Counted from the first letter of the stretch, positions 6,975 through 17,119 are shown. The stretch is DNA of 63,365 nucleotides from a virus (IMGVR_UViG_3300031566_000026:1-63365); one strand, 5' to 3'. The notes: generated by a model not told the origin, from the letters alone. Translations and numbers: made by a program.

Positions 6975-9900
6975 TTAGACCAGCAGCGGATACAGCCGCT
7001 TCAGTTGCGCGTGGGCCAGTACCACGTCAGCCGGGTCGAGCGCCCTAGCCCACTCGATCACGTCGCCGATGTCGTCATCGTGGCCGTGGCCCGTGATCGC
7101 CAGCCGGATCGCGCCCAGCGTCTGCTCCGTCAGCGTCGTCGTGCCTGCGGGGGCGCCAGTTGTGCCCTCCGCCGCACCGTCCACGTAGACCGTGAGCGTG
7201 GTCATGTCCCACGTGATCGCCACCGAGCGGTAGCCGATGCCTGGGGCGGTATTGTTGCCGCTTGAGTAGACCGTCCCGGCGTCGTTCCGCACTCCCGCCT
7301 TGAACTTCTCGTCCGTGGTCAGCGCCAGGTAGATGTAGGGCTCGATCGCACCCGGCACCGAGGCGCTCCAGATCACCCGCGTCGGCACGCCCCGGTTCGC
7401 TACGCTCGGCGCGGCCAGCGGAATCTGATACCACGTCAGGTCGTCCCAATAGCCGAAGCCGGGGTTCACGCACCACGGACGCATCGTGCGGTTCGAGCTG
7501 CTCGTCTCCCGCACCCCATAAGCGTTCATGGAGAGCGCAACCCCAGGCAGGGGGCTCTGCATATAGTTCCCGCCAGCAGTCGTGTAGACGGCCGCCGCCG
7601 CATACAACTCGCGCAGCCGGGTGCGGAACATCTGCCACAGCCCCTCGGTCGTGCCCACAGCCGCCGGGCTGGCGTATGCGCTGCTCTCGGTGAGGCTCTG
7701 CATCCACATGGAGTACGTGCCCCGGTCGGTGTACTGCCCCGGGACGTACATGTAGAGGCAGCTCGCGTCGGTCTCCAAGAGCGCCTGCATCGTGGCGAGC
7801 GACTTCTCGGCACCGGAAGAGGAGACGCACTTGGTATGGGCGGAGTTGGCCGTTGCGTTGGTGCCCGCGTAGGCGACCTGCGCCGAGGCCCATGCCACCG
7901 GCAGGGCGAGCGTTCCGCCGAATGCACCGTCAAGGGTTGTGTCCTCGGCGGTCCCGTTGACGCTCAGGCCCACCGCGTCGATGGCGCCACTGGCGGCTTG
8001 GTGGAACCGCACCGAGTACCGATCCGACAGTGCCAGCGCGACCGTCCAATAGCCCGTGACCTCACTCACGCCGTTGTGGTAAGCGATCACCAGCCGAGCG
8101 GCGGCGGCCTCATAGTAGAGGCGAATGGCCGCCGTTGCTCCCGCGCCGTTTCCAAGGTTCCAGAACGTCCGGGCAGTGCCCTGGTTCGGCAGATCGCCGA
8201 CGATCCCCTCCACGAGGTACGTCGCCGCCTGCGGGAGCGCGGAGTAAGCGTCCACGAACGAGTCGGCTGCCCTCACCTCGCTGGCGTCGAGGATGTCCTG
8301 CGGAGGGATGGCGTCGTTGAAGGCGTTGGCCCGGTAGAGGTACATCGTCCCGACGCCCGGACAGACGAAAACAAAGTTCGCGTTGGCTCCCAGAACGCCC
8401 GCGGCGTTGAACGCGACCTGGTAGTAGCCACGCCCGGCGGGCTGCACAGAAAACAGTACGCCTGCACCGACGGCTGTGGACAGCACCGGCACCCCGGCGG
8501 TCCACGTCACGGTAACGTCGTGCCGCCACGCGGGTGTGTTGGCGTCATAGAGCCTGAGTGCACTCACCGGAGCGGTTCCTGCCCGGATGTAGAAACTCAG
8601 CGCCTTAGTCGCGTCACCCGTGAAGCCGATAATTCGAGATCTCGCATCCGCGCCCAGCACCGAACCCGTCAGCAGGTAGGCCCCCGTACCACCGAGAGGG
8701 TCGCCCTGCCCGGCGGTGACGCCGCAGGTCCCCTCCTCGGTCCACGCCGCCAGATCGTCACTCGTGACGAGGTTGATGTACGCCCTTCCGAGCAGCGTCG
8801 TCCGGTACGTCACCCCGTCGTTCGCCGTCCACGAGTGGTTGTCCCGCAGGTGCCCCGCCGGGGCCGTGCGCGTCAGGTAGTCCACCCCGTCGTAGTACCT
8901 CGCCACGCCCGCCCGCGAGAACGTCTTGCGCGCCAGGTAGCGCCCGCGCCCGATCCGCTCCACGTCGCTCAGCGTCAGGTCTGCGGGGATGCGCCCGTCG
9001 TACCATTGCAGCGCGCCCGTCACCGTACCGTCCACGTCCGCGAGCTGCATGCCGGGGTGGTAGTGCGCGATGTCGGGCTGGGCCATGGCCCGCATCGTGG
9101 CGAGGGACTTCTCTGCGCCGCTCGCCGACTTCCACGAGCTGCACCCAGAGTTGGCCGTGGCGTTGGCGCCCGCGAAGGCGACCACGTTTGCGTTCCAAGC
9201 CACCGGGAGTGCGAGCGTAGCCGCGAACGCACCGTCAAGCGTCGTGTCCTCGGCGGCCCCGTTGACACTCAAGCCCACAGAGTCTATCGCGCCGCTCGCC
9301 GCCTGATGGAAGCGCACCGCGATCTGGTCAACCAGCGCCAAGGTGACGGTCCAGTATCCCGTTACCTCAGAGACGCCGTTGTGATAGGCGATCACCAGAC
9401 GGGCCGCAGCGGCCTCGTGGTAGAGCCGGATGCCTGCCGTCGCGCCGTCCCCGTTCCCGAGGTTGGCGAACGTCCTGGCCGTGCCCTGATTCGCCAGGTC
9501 ACATACCACGCCCTCATAGAGGTGCGTCGCTTCCTGTGGCGTCGTCAGGCTGAGCGGCGTCGTCAGGCTGTCCGCCGTCGTGGCCTCGCTCGCGGCTAGC
9601 ACGGACTCCGGTGGGACCAGCTCCTCGTACAGCGTGGGCCGCCACACGTAGATCGTCTCCGTGCCTGCGGCATCCCAGGAGGCCGTGCCCGTGGCGTCGC
9701 ACAGGTTCACGTAGACCAGCGAGTCCACCGTCACCTGCGAGGAGCCGAACAGCCGGAGCCTGATCCAATCGTCGGCCCGCACCACGCCGATCTTGCGCGT
9801 GTACCCGGCCAACCCCTCAGACGCCAGCAGCGCTCCGGTCGTCAGGTTGATCGCCGCTCGGTTGACCACTCCGTCTGTCGCGTTGTAGTAGGAGAGCGCC

Positions 9901-12671
9901 GCGTAGTCGTGCGTCCCGGGCTTCAGCCACACCTCGCCCGACAGCGGACCAATGGCCGTGTCCGAGGCGAAGCTGATCTCGTGTACGGCGTTCCCGATGT
10001 CAGCCGTGAGTAGGGCCGCCGTCGTGCCGCCGCCCGGATCAGCCTCAGCCACGCTCGTAATGACGATATTGGTCGGCGTCCAATCCGCCAGCGCTGCCGT
10101 CATCTTGTTCGTGTAGGCCCGCTCCAACAGCGTCACGAGGTAGTCCGCGCTGTCGTTGGCCCGCATGAAGTGCTTGTTCCGCAGCTCACCGCTCGCCGCC
10201 GCGCGCACTACCTGGTCCGCGTAGATCTGCGTGCCCGTGTCCGCCCTCGCGAACGTCGGCCTGATGATCTTCGTCGTCGGGCAGTCGGTGTCGTTGTACT
10301 GGCGGTCGTAGGTCGTCGCCCCGCCAGCCGACTCCGACAGCGTCCACCAGTGGTCGGGGTAGGGTGCTCCGCTCTGCGTGCCCCAATCGCGTTCATCGGT
10401 GGGCAAGCAGGCGTTGAGCTGCGCGATGGTGGGGACGTTGGACACCCACAGGCGCGTGTCGTCGATCAGGCCCTTGAAGTAGCCTGCCGCGTCGTTGTTC
10501 GAGCCCGCCGTCATGTTCGTCGCGCCCACGGGCGTCCACACGTAGGCAGGGATGGCAGAACCCGAGAACGCCAGCGTCACCTCTGCGGGCGTAATCAGCC
10601 GTCCACTTTCCTCTTCGAGTGATGCCAGCCCGACCTTCAGCCGATCCGCATCAGCCGCGCCCGCTCCGTCGAACAGGACCCACGCCATGTACCACGTATC
10701 GCTCGCCAGCGCCGTTGCGTATTCTGCTATGGCGGCAGCGGCCCCGTCCCACAGCGTGACCGTCAGCTTTGCGGTGGCTCCGATGCTGATCTGGTACTGC
10801 TTCTTCGAGTCGTCGGCCACGTCCCAACGCGCCTCAATGACCTGAGCCGCCGCTGGGGCCATCGTGCTCGTCTTGAAATACACCACCTTGGCGAAGGCCA
10901 CGGCACCATTGAGCGCCTTGACCTCGCCGAACGAAACGGTGTCGTTCACGCCGTCGAAGTACCGCGCACCGTTCCGCGTCCACCGCTCGAAGGCACCTTT
11001 GCCGTGGCGCCCGTCGTCCACGTAGGCAGGGGTCCCGGTCCAGGTCGCCGTGAGGCCCGCGATCATCTCCGTTCCGTTCCCGTCGAAGGGCCACCAGTAG
11101 GTGAGGCCCGCGGGGTTGGGCTCGTTGATGAGGTCGGCTGCGGCCTCGGCGGCGGTCAGAGCCTTGCCGTTCCAGATGCGGATGTCGTCGAGCTTGCCGT
11201 CGAAGGTGACAGAACCAATTGCTGCCCCCACCGTATATCCAAGGGCCGACCCTCGAAGTGCCACGGGAATGACCCCCGTGACGGTGGGTGCGGCCGTGGC
11301 CACGGCACCGTACCGCCCCGTGACGGAATCGTAGGTGGCGTAGTAAAGTGCGAGCGTGCCGGCGTTGTAGGTAACGATGCCCTTGTACCGCGCTCCGGCG
11401 GACTGCGGCACCGCAAATATGACGTAGTTCGCCGCGTCGTTCCCGGCGTCGGACACATAGACGCGGATTCCGGTCGCGGTGACCCGTGCTACCAAGAACT
11501 GATTGTCGGCAGTATCCCATCTTCCGACGATGACTGGACTCACGGCCACCTCGTCCGACTCCCACGCGATGCCCCAGGAGGCTGCCGTGAGTCCATCGGC
11601 CCCTGCCCCTGGGTCCGCCGTCGTCAGGTAGTTGCCCGACGAGATGTCCACGCGCCCCGTGGCCGTGCCCGCCAGCATGTCGGTTGCCGCGCTGTACGTC
11701 TCCGCCTGGATCGCCGTGCCCGCCGCGTTGCCCCCGACGTGCAGCACGAGGTTCTTGCCGTGCCGCGCCATCCAGCCGTCGTCACCGGCCAGTGCCATTC
11801 CGGCCCCGGCGTTGAAGCGGTCGGTGATTGGGTTCGCGGAGCCGCCGTTGTCGGTGATGAGGAGATTGACCGCGCCCTCAACATGGACCGAGGACCCGTA
11901 CTGCGCCCCGACCTGAGCCGAGTAGCTGCCGGCGGTCAGCGGGTCCGGGATCATCTCCACGTCCGTCTCCAGCACCGTATCGCCGTTCGTGTCGGCGTAG
12001 GCCGTCAGCACTCCACCGCAGAAACGCACGCCCCAGAAGGTCGGAGTACCAGCCACGAACGGCACGACCAGCGCCACCGCGTAGGTGTCCACCCCGTTCA
12101 CGAGGTAGCAGGTCAGTTGCGTACCTGCGTTCTTGGTGAACATGACGCGGGAGCCCACCCCAAGGTACAGGTCGAGCAGGCAATGCTGGTGCCCGTCGTC
12201 GTAGTCCCAATCGGGGATGAACCACGCCGACATAGTCCAGTTGTTCGGTGGGAACGTGGCCGGCACTGCCCACCGAAGGTTGCAGCCCACGTCCACCTGC
12301 ACGCCATATTCGGCTGCAAGATTCGTTACCCCAGCCAGCGAGCGCGCATCGAACACGTCCGAGCCGTCGTGGATCTTCACCGCGGCCATCACGGTGAACG
12401 GCGCCGCCAGGCTGACGGGCGCGTCGGCGATCTCCACCCGGTCGTCCCCGCCGAACGTCAGCGCCCGGGGCCACGCGGTCCACGTCGGGTCGGCCGCGTC
12501 CGCGCCGACGCCGGAACCCAGGATGCCGTCCACGCCGAGCGCACGGCTCTCGGCCAGGTCACCGTCAGCCGTCTCTACGGGGATGTAGTGGCGGATGATG
12601 TCGGCGTCGTAGGGTAGCGTCATCCGCGTCTTGCGGTGCGGGTGCCAGGGGCTGCGGAGTGAGGTCAGCAT
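6975..12671 (-). CDS. large tail fibre / receptor-binding protein with LamG (ConA-like) domains and an internal duplication
   Basis: LamG-type motifs FDGKLDDIRIWN, FKGLIDDTRLW, IGDVIEWARAL; two TFxRA-type modules. Confidence 0.8.
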   Translation of the reverse strand: MLTSLRSPWHPHRKTRMTLPYDADIIRHYIPVETADGDLAESRALGVDGILGSGVGADAADPTWTAWPRALTFGGDDRVEIADAPVSLAAPFTVMAAVKIHDGSDVFDARSLAGVTNLAAEYGVQVDVGCNLRWAVPATFPPNNWTMSAWFIPDWDYDDGHQHCLLDLYLGVGSRVMFTKNAGTQLTCYLVNGVDTYAVALVVPFVAGTPTFWGVRFCGGVLTAYADTNGDTVLETDVEMIPDPLTAGSYSAQVGAQYGSSVHVEGAVNLLITDNGGSANPITDRFNAGAGMALAGDDGWMARHGKNLVLHVGGNAAGTAIQAETYSAATDMLAGTATGRVDISSGNYLTTADPGAGADGLTAASWGIAWESDEVAVSPVIVGRWDTADNQFLVARVTATGIRVYVSDAGNDAANYVIFAVPQSAGARYKGIVTYNAGTLALYYATYDSVTGRYGAVATAAPTVTGVIPVALRGSALGYTVGAAIGSVTFDGKLDDIRIWNGKALTAAEAAADLINEPNPAGLTYWWPFDGNGTEMIAGLTATWTGTPAYVDDGRHGKGAFERWTRNGARYFDGVNDTVSFGEVKALNGAVAFAKVVYFKTSTMAPAAAQVIEARWDVADDSKKQYQISIGATAKLTVTLWDGAAAAIAEYATALASDTWYMAWVLFDGAGAADADRLKVGLASLEEESGRLITPAEVTLAFSGSAIPAYVWTPVGATNMTAGSNNDAAGYFKGLIDDTRLWVSNVPTIAQLNACLPTDERDWGTQSGAPYPDHWWTLSESAGGATTYDRQYNDTDCPTTKIIRPTFARADTGTQIYADQVVRAAASGELRNKHFMRANDSADYLVTLLERAYTNKMTAALADWTPTNIVITSVAEADPGGGTTAALLTADIGNAVHEISFASDTAIGPLSGEVWLKPGTHDYAALSYYNATDGVVNRAAINLTTGALLASEGLAGYTRKIGVVRADDWIRLRLFGSSQVTVDSLVYVNLCDATGTASWDAAGTETIYVWRPTLYEELVPPESVLAASEATTADSLTTPLSLTTPQEATHLYEGVVCDLANQGTARTFANLGNGDGATAGIRLYHEAAAARLVIAYHNGVSEVTGYWTVTLALVDQIAVRFHQAASGAIDSVGLSVNGAAEDTTLDGAFAATLALPVAWNANVVAFAGANATANSGCSSWKSASGAEKSLATMRAMAQPDIAHYHPGMQLADVDGTVTGALQWYDGRIPADLTLSDVERIGRGRYLARKTFSRAGVARYYDGVDYLTRTAPAGHLRDNHSWTANDGVTYRTTLLGRAYINLVTSDDLAAWTEEGTCGVTAGQGDPLGGTGAYLLTGSVLGADARSRIIGFTGDATKALSFYIRAGTAPVSALRLYDANTPAWRHDVTVTWTAGVPVLSTAVGAGVLFSVQPAGRGYYQVAFNAAGVLGANANFVFVCPGVGTMYLYRANAFNDAIPPQDILDASEVRAADSFVDAYSALPQAATYLVEGIVGDLPNQGTARTFWNLGNGAGATAAIRLYYEAAAARLVIAYHNGVSEVTGYWTVALALSDRYSVRFHQAASGAIDAVGLSVNGTAEDTTLDGAFGGTLALPVAWASAQVAYAGTNATANSAHTKCVSSSGAEKSLATMQALLETDASCLYMYVPGQYTDRGTYSMWMQSLTESSAYASPAAVGTTEGLWQMFRTRLRELYAAAAVYTTAGGNYMQSPLPGVALSMNAYGVRETSSSNRTMRPWCVNPGFGYWDDLTWYQIPLAAPSVANRGVPTRVIWSASVPGAIEPYIYLALTTDEKFKAGVRNDAGTVYSSGNNTAPGIGYRSVAITWDMTTLTVYVDGAAEGTTGAPAGTTTLTEQTLGAIRLAITGHGHDDDIGDVIEWARALDPADVVLAHAQLKRLYPLLV
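7788..9500 (-). repeat. intragenic duplication, 7788-8195 and 9093-9500 (408 bp each)
   Basis: NQGTARTF...RLVIAYHNGVSEVTGYWTV...EKSLATM occurs twice. Confidence 0.9.
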
Positions 12672-12675
12672 GGGT

Positions 12676-13155
12676 CTATGCCTTGAACGTGATTGCGATG
12701 TCGTCCAGCGTGGCGTCCGTCACCGCCGGGGCCACCACCGTCAGCCAGTCGCCGGCCACCAGCGCTACCGCCGCGCCTGTTGTCACGAACGTGGCCGTAG
12801 TGGCACCCAGCGCGAACGTGATCGTGCCCACCGGGGCGCCGTTGAGGTTGACCGTGAACACGGCCGCCCCCGTGGCAGCCGTCAGCGCCTTGGCCTCCGA
12901 GCCCGCGAAGTCGTCGGCCAACGTGAGCGCCCGCACCGCCACGAACTTCAGCACCACCTCAGAGCCCATCGGTCGGCCCGGGAAGAAGCCCGTGATGTCG
13001 TAGGCTACCAGCGTCGCGGCGATCTCCGCCAGCAGGTCCGTGAAGATCGAGTCGGGGAAATTGCGCAGCCCCGTGTCCGCGTTGATGTCGTTGTACCCAC
13101 GCCCGTCCGTGCCGATGAACATGGCGGCGGTGTAGGTGTGCCCGTTGAGCACCAT
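12676..13155 (-). CDS. tail structural protein
   Basis: Likely start MVLNGHTY just after the upstream stop; Ala/Thr-rich beta domain ending DATLDDIAITFKA. Confidence 0.7.
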   Translation of the reverse strand: MVLNGHTYTAAMFIGTDGRGYNDINADTGLRNFPDSIFTDLLAEIAATLVAYDITGFFPGRPMGSEVVLKFVAVRALTLADDFAGSEAKALTAATGAAVFTVNLNGAPVGTITFALGATTATFVTTGAAVALVAGDWLTVVAPAVTDATLDDIAITFKA

Positions 13156-13157
13156 GG

Positions 13158-14018
13158 TCAGAAGTCCTCGGTCAAAGAGTATGCCTGCCCCATCCACGCC
13201 CAATACGGCTCCTCGAGCGCCGACAACTCGCGCAACGTGGCCGGGAACGAGCGCCGGTGCAGGTGGTAGGTGTCCGCCGGGTTGTAGAGGAAGAAGAACT
13301 GCTCGTCGAGCCCGTGGCGGCGCGTGATCTCGAACAGGTACACGAGCGCCTCGTCCGCCGGCACCACCTCCAGCCGGAAGTTGAGCGCGCGCCGCTCGGG
13401 CCGCGTCAGGAAGAACCGTCGCCCTCCTGGCATCTCGCTCACCACCGTGCCGGTCATCCAGCCCAGCGTCAGGCCGGTGCTGAAGTTGACGGTAGGCGGA
13501 TACCCTGAACCGACCCACGCGCGCCCCATGTCCACGTACCCTGCCGCGTTGGTCGTGTCGTCGATCTCCACACGCACGTACCGCCCCAGCGTATCCGCGG
13601 GCACCACAAGGATGTAGTCCTGCCGATAACCGGCCAGCCGATCCGTCTCCGCCAACTTGCCGTCCCAGAACCCGGGCGCACCAAAGAGCAGTACGCCGTC
13701 GGGATAGATCAGCGGGTATGCCGTCAGCCACCCGGAATCGTAGGTGGTGGTGGCGAAGTTGCTCACCGTCGAGACGCGCACCCGGATCAGCGCAGCCAGC
13801 GTCATGGAGTGCTTCAGCACGGCCACCACCCGGATGGGATAGCCGGTCAGCAGGTCGGCGTCGAACTTCGTGGACCCCACCGTCGCGTCCGTCGAGCGCG
13901 CCACCTGGTCGAGGTACCGCGTCTTCAGGTTGTTGAGCGGCAACGTGGCAACGTAGGACCCGTTCGACAGCGTCGCACCGTCGAGGAAGTTCGGGTAGCT
14001 GAACATGCAGTTGCTCAT
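13158..14018 (-). CDS. minor tail / distal tail-type protein
   Basis: Position in tail module; LPLNNLK...VARST, YVRVEIDD and GRAWVG motifs. Confidence 0.7.
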   Translation of the reverse strand: MSNCMFSYPNFLDGATLSNGSYVATLPLNNLKTRYLDQVARSTDATVGSTKFDADLLTGYPIRVVAVLKHSMTLAALIRVRVSTVSNFATTTYDSGWLTAYPLIYPDGVLLFGAPGFWDGKLAETDRLAGYRQDYILVVPADTLGRYVRVEIDDTTNAAGYVDMGRAWVGSGYPPTVNFSTGLTLGWMTGTVVSEMPGGRRFFLTRPERRALNFRLEVVPADEALVYLFEITRRHGLDEQFFFLYNPADTYHLHRRSFPATLRELSALEEPYWAWMGQAYSLTEDF

Positions 14019-14025
14019 CGCGCTC

Positions 14026-14382
14026 TCACCCCCAACACGTCAGCGTAACTGACTCGTTCGCCGCGTCCGTCATGATCCCAAGCACCAGGAAGTTCTTGCC
14101 CGCCGTCAGCCCGTACCGCGAGTGCTCCAGCTTGATCGTGTCCCCCAGGTCGATGGCCGCCGTCGTGGCCGTCAACGCAATGACCAACTCCAACCTGTCG
14201 CGCTTCACCCCACGCACCGTCTGCCGCCGCGTAGCCTCAGTCAGCCCATCAGCCGCCGTGGTCAGGCACGACTCCTCCACGGTCTGCGGGGCCAGTCGGT
14301 GCGTCACAAGCACGGCCAGGTCCTCCGCGATGGCCTCACGCCATTCAGCCGAAAGGAACGCCACACGGGCCGGGGTCGGCAT
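14026..14382 (-). CDS. C-terminal half of a split tail-tip/hub protein
   Basis: Own SD AAGGAGG; ends DLGDTIKLEHSRYGL...VTLTCWG, typical of hub-protein C-termini. Confidence 0.7.
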   Translation of the reverse strand: MPTPARVAFLSAEWREAIAEDLAVLVTHRLAPQTVEESCLTTAADGLTEATRRQTVRGVKRDRLELVIALTATTAAIDLGDTIKLEHSRYGLTAGKNFLVLGIMTDAANESVTLTCWG

Positions 14383-14388
14383 ACTACG

Positions 14389-16116
14389 CTACGCCTCCTT
14401 CCTGTTCCATACGCCCATGATGTACTGGTCCCGCGCGTAGGGACCCTGCTTCCACGTGCCTGACATCTCGTGCTCCAGCGTCCAGTCCGCAAATGCGTCG
14501 CGGAAATCTTCCGCCTGGAAGCGGTGCAGGTGAAGCTCGTCCGTCTTCACCTCCAGCCACTCGAAGAGCCGTACCTTCAGGCCCCACCGCTTTGCGTTCT
14601 CCATGATGAGCCGCGGGTCCTGCGTGTGCTGGAGGCAGTTGTAGATCCATACCTCGTCGAAGGGCTCGCCGTCGTACTCCCAGGTCTCCGCTGGCGTGAT
14701 GGCTCGCGTGATGCCGCGAGCCGCGTACAACTCTTCGTCCTCAAGCCGGAACGTCAGCGGATCAAGCGCCACGGACCCCTCTGCCACATCGTACAGCAGC
14801 ATGAGCGACTCCGGCCCGCACCCGATGTCGAGGATGCGCCGTCCTTCCGCCGCCTCCCAGGTGATGCCCATGATGGCCGCGTACTGCTGCCGCTTCTGGC
14901 GCTCATAGGGTCGGCAACCCATGGCCAAGTGGAAATCTCGCTCCTTGCGCTGGGCCGCCATCCATGCGCCCTCTGCGGCGGCCTCCTTCTTTGCCGTCAC
15001 CACGGCGGGCCCGAACACGCTGCGTGCCGTGTAGAACCCGCGCCCCTTCAGGTCCGCGATCATGTCGAATGCCCGCTGGTAGCGCTCCGCGATGGGCTGG
15101 AATCCGTAGAGCCCTTGGGCCCGCCGCTGGATGTAGGTGCGGTCCAACGTAGGGGCCAACTCCAGCGCCGCGAGCCAATCGCCGAGCGTGTGGCAGCGGA
15201 ACCCCGTCACCCGGTCCTCGATCGTCTCGGTGAACGCCCCATATGACACGCTAAGAACCGGCGTGCCACCGCTCAGCATCGCCTCCACCGCCACGCCACC
15301 GAACGGCTCCGTGAACACCGTGGGCATTACGCATGCCCGCGCGTTCGCCAGGTATTCGCTGCGATCACGACCGGTGAGCGGGGGCTGGTACGTGAGGTTT
15401 GGCGTCTTAGGCGAGAGGTACGGGGCTGGGTCACCCTGGCCGCACAGCACGAACTCCAGGTCAGGCCGCTGCCGTGCCAGCTCCACTATCGTGGGCACGC
15501 CCTTCACATCGCCGATGCGCCCCAGGAACACGACGCGCCCCATATCGGGCTTCGGCACTGCTTGCCAATCGTCTATGTCGAAGTAGTTGGGGATCACCCA
15601 CTCGTAATTACAGCCCGAGCGGTTGGCGCGCCCCTGGTGCCAGTGCATCCATGCGTAGCTTTCGAAGATCTTGTACGGAGCGGGATACAGCGTCGGGTAG
15701 CCAATGCCACTCTCCACCAACGTGAACCCCTGCCCGTTGACCGCTTCGCCGTGCCCCCAGCCGAACGGCAGCAGCACCAGATCCATCGGCCCCACCCGAG
15801 CGGCCAGCTCCTTGCGCAGGCGCGCATTGAACTCCTTGTAGAGCGGGTTGCCCGCGTCGGCATCATCACCGACGAACTTCGCCGCGTCCGTCCCATCGTG
15901 CCCGCGCAGCGCGTTCTGCTCCTCGCGCGTCATGATGTCCACATGCAGCGAGGCAGCCGTGTCGGCCCCCTCAACTCCGTAGTGGATGACCTCGAACGGA
16001 GCGCCGGGTAGCGTCGCCATCATGGCAGGGAACTTGATGATTTTGCCTGTAAATGCGCAGTGGGAGAAACTGTTATTAGAAATGGTGTGCGCGAGCGCTA
16101 AAAGGTGCAATATCAT
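14389..16116 (-). CDS. GT-B (GT4-like) glycosyltransferase fused to a class I SAM methyltransferase
   Basis: FLGRIGDVKG, EPFGGVAVEAM, then ILDIGCGP and NCLQH; ATGA-coupled to the GIY-YIG gene. Confidence 0.88.
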   Translation of the reverse strand: MILHLLALAHTISNNSFSHCAFTGKIIKFPAMMATLPGAPFEVIHYGVEGADTAASLHVDIMTREEQNALRGHDGTDAAKFVGDDADAGNPLYKEFNARLRKELAARVGPMDLVLLPFGWGHGEAVNGQGFTLVESGIGYPTLYPAPYKIFESYAWMHWHQGRANRSGCNYEWVIPNYFDIDDWQAVPKPDMGRVVFLGRIGDVKGVPTIVELARQRPDLEFVLCGQGDPAPYLSPKTPNLTYQPPLTGRDRSEYLANARACVMPTVFTEPFGGVAVEAMLSGGTPVLSVSYGAFTETIEDRVTGFRCHTLGDWLAALELAPTLDRTYIQRRAQGLYGFQPIAERYQRAFDMIADLKGRGFYTARSVFGPAVVTAKKEAAAEGAWMAAQRKERDFHLAMGCRPYERQKRQQYAAIMGITWEAAEGRRILDIGCGPESLMLLYDVAEGSVALDPLTFRLEDEELYAARGITRAITPAETWEYDGEPFDEVWIYNCLQHTQDPRLIMENAKRWGLKVRLFEWLEVKTDELHLHRFQAEDFRDAFADWTLEHEMSGTWKQGPYARDQYIMGVWNRKEA

Positions 16117-16862
16117 ACGACCCTCCATCCTTTGTGGTGTGGACGTTTTCCATTCACCACGAGATTCATCGCCGATGGAATGAGGTCATGTTTACCGCAG
16201 AACGATGAGAGCGAAATATCCACACTGTGTCTGATACCATTCGGATCTATGAGCATCGGAAATGGTTTCCCTTTCCGCAATTTTGCCGAATGCGAAGTGC
16301 GATACCGCTCCGTTTGGTGCCCAAGTCTATTATTTAACAATGTGCATTTCCTATGTTCGCCCTCCCATGCCCGATGGCCCCATTCGATCGTCCGCTCCCG
16401 TTCTACCGGATTCATAAAGCGCGCTATCGCCTTCTCGCTGAGCAATCTTTTTGTCTCAGGAGTATGGGTGTTGCCTTTAAAGTTCACTATCCCCCCCGCT
16501 GCGAGGAATGCCTTCCTATACCGCGAGAGTTTTGCTTTTGCTTCTTCGCTCATCGGAGAATATGTACCACCAGCCCGATGATTATAGCCATTCGGCGCTA
16601 TCGTATTCTCAGTCATGATCCGGCGTTCTTCGGCGGCATTGACTTCTGCGGTAGACCCAAACGGTCCTTCAATAACAACAAAGTCAAATGCTTCCTCACC
16701 GTATTTGTTGAATGATCTTTGCAGAGATAAAGAATGATGCCTTCCCCTGCGCAAACTAGAAAGATGCGTGTACCAACGTTGGCGGACATCAGCAGCCTGC
16801 CCGATATACTGCTTGCCATTGATCATGTTGCGAATGCTGTACAGATGCAGCGTGGTCACCAT
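16113..16862 (-). CDS. GIY-YIG homing endonuclease with NUMOD3-like repeats
   Basis: LYSIRNMINGKQYIG, GYN, SEEAKAKLS, HTPETKRLLS; AT-rich relative to its flanks. Confidence 0.88.
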   Translation of the reverse strand: MVTTLHLYSIRNMINGKQYIGQAADVRQRWYTHLSSLRRGRHHSLSLQRSFNKYGEEAFDFVVIEGPFGSTAEVNAAEERRIMTENTIAPNGYNHRAGGTYSPMSEEAKAKLSRYRKAFLAAGGIVNFKGNTHTPETKRLLSEKAIARFMNPVERERTIEWGHRAWEGEHRKCTLLNNRLGHQTERYRTSHSAKLRKGKPFPMLIDPNGIRHSVDISLSSFCGKHDLIPSAMNLVVNGKRPHHKGWRVV

Positions 16863-16957
16863 GGCCTCCACGGGCAGGATTCCCCATCGATCCCGGAGAC
16901 GCAGGTCGGCGGGTTGTAGAAGAACTCGCAGAGCCACATCAACAGTACGGCAAACAT
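16856..16957 (-). CDS. 33-aa Cys-containing peptide (not in ORF track)
   Basis: MFAVLLMWLCEFFYNPPTCVSGIDGESCPWRPW; GGAG SD; stop overlaps the GIY-YIG start. Confidence 0.45.
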   Translation of the reverse strand: MFAVLLMWLCEFFYNPPTCVSGIDGESCPWRPW

Positions 16958-16969
16958 CCGCTTCTCCGC

Positions 16970-17119
16970 CTAGTTGTTCTGGGGGGGCTGTTCGTCACCG
17001 CCGCCGCCACCACCGCCTCGGATGGAGGTGAACGGCTTCCGCCGCAGCGACTTGACGAGGACCCACCCGCAGGAGATCAACACGACCACGGCGACCAGAA
17101 TGCCAATCCACTTGCTCAT
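16970..17119 (-). CDS. 49-aa single-TM protein with poly-Gly
   Basis: SD GAGGAGG; MSKWIGILVAVVVLISCGWVLV...GGGGGGG. Confidence 0.65.
   Translation of the reverse strand: MSKWIGILVAVVVLISCGWVLVKSLRRKPFTSIRGGGGGGGDEQPPQNN

Noticed and set aside
7788-9500. DGR template/variable repeat pair in the fibre
   Set aside because: Both copies are in-frame domains of one ORF and no reverse transcriptase is present in the window
12676-13731. 351-aa ORF as listed in the track
   Set aside because: The N-terminal part overlaps gene 13158-14018 out of frame; the likely start is 13155
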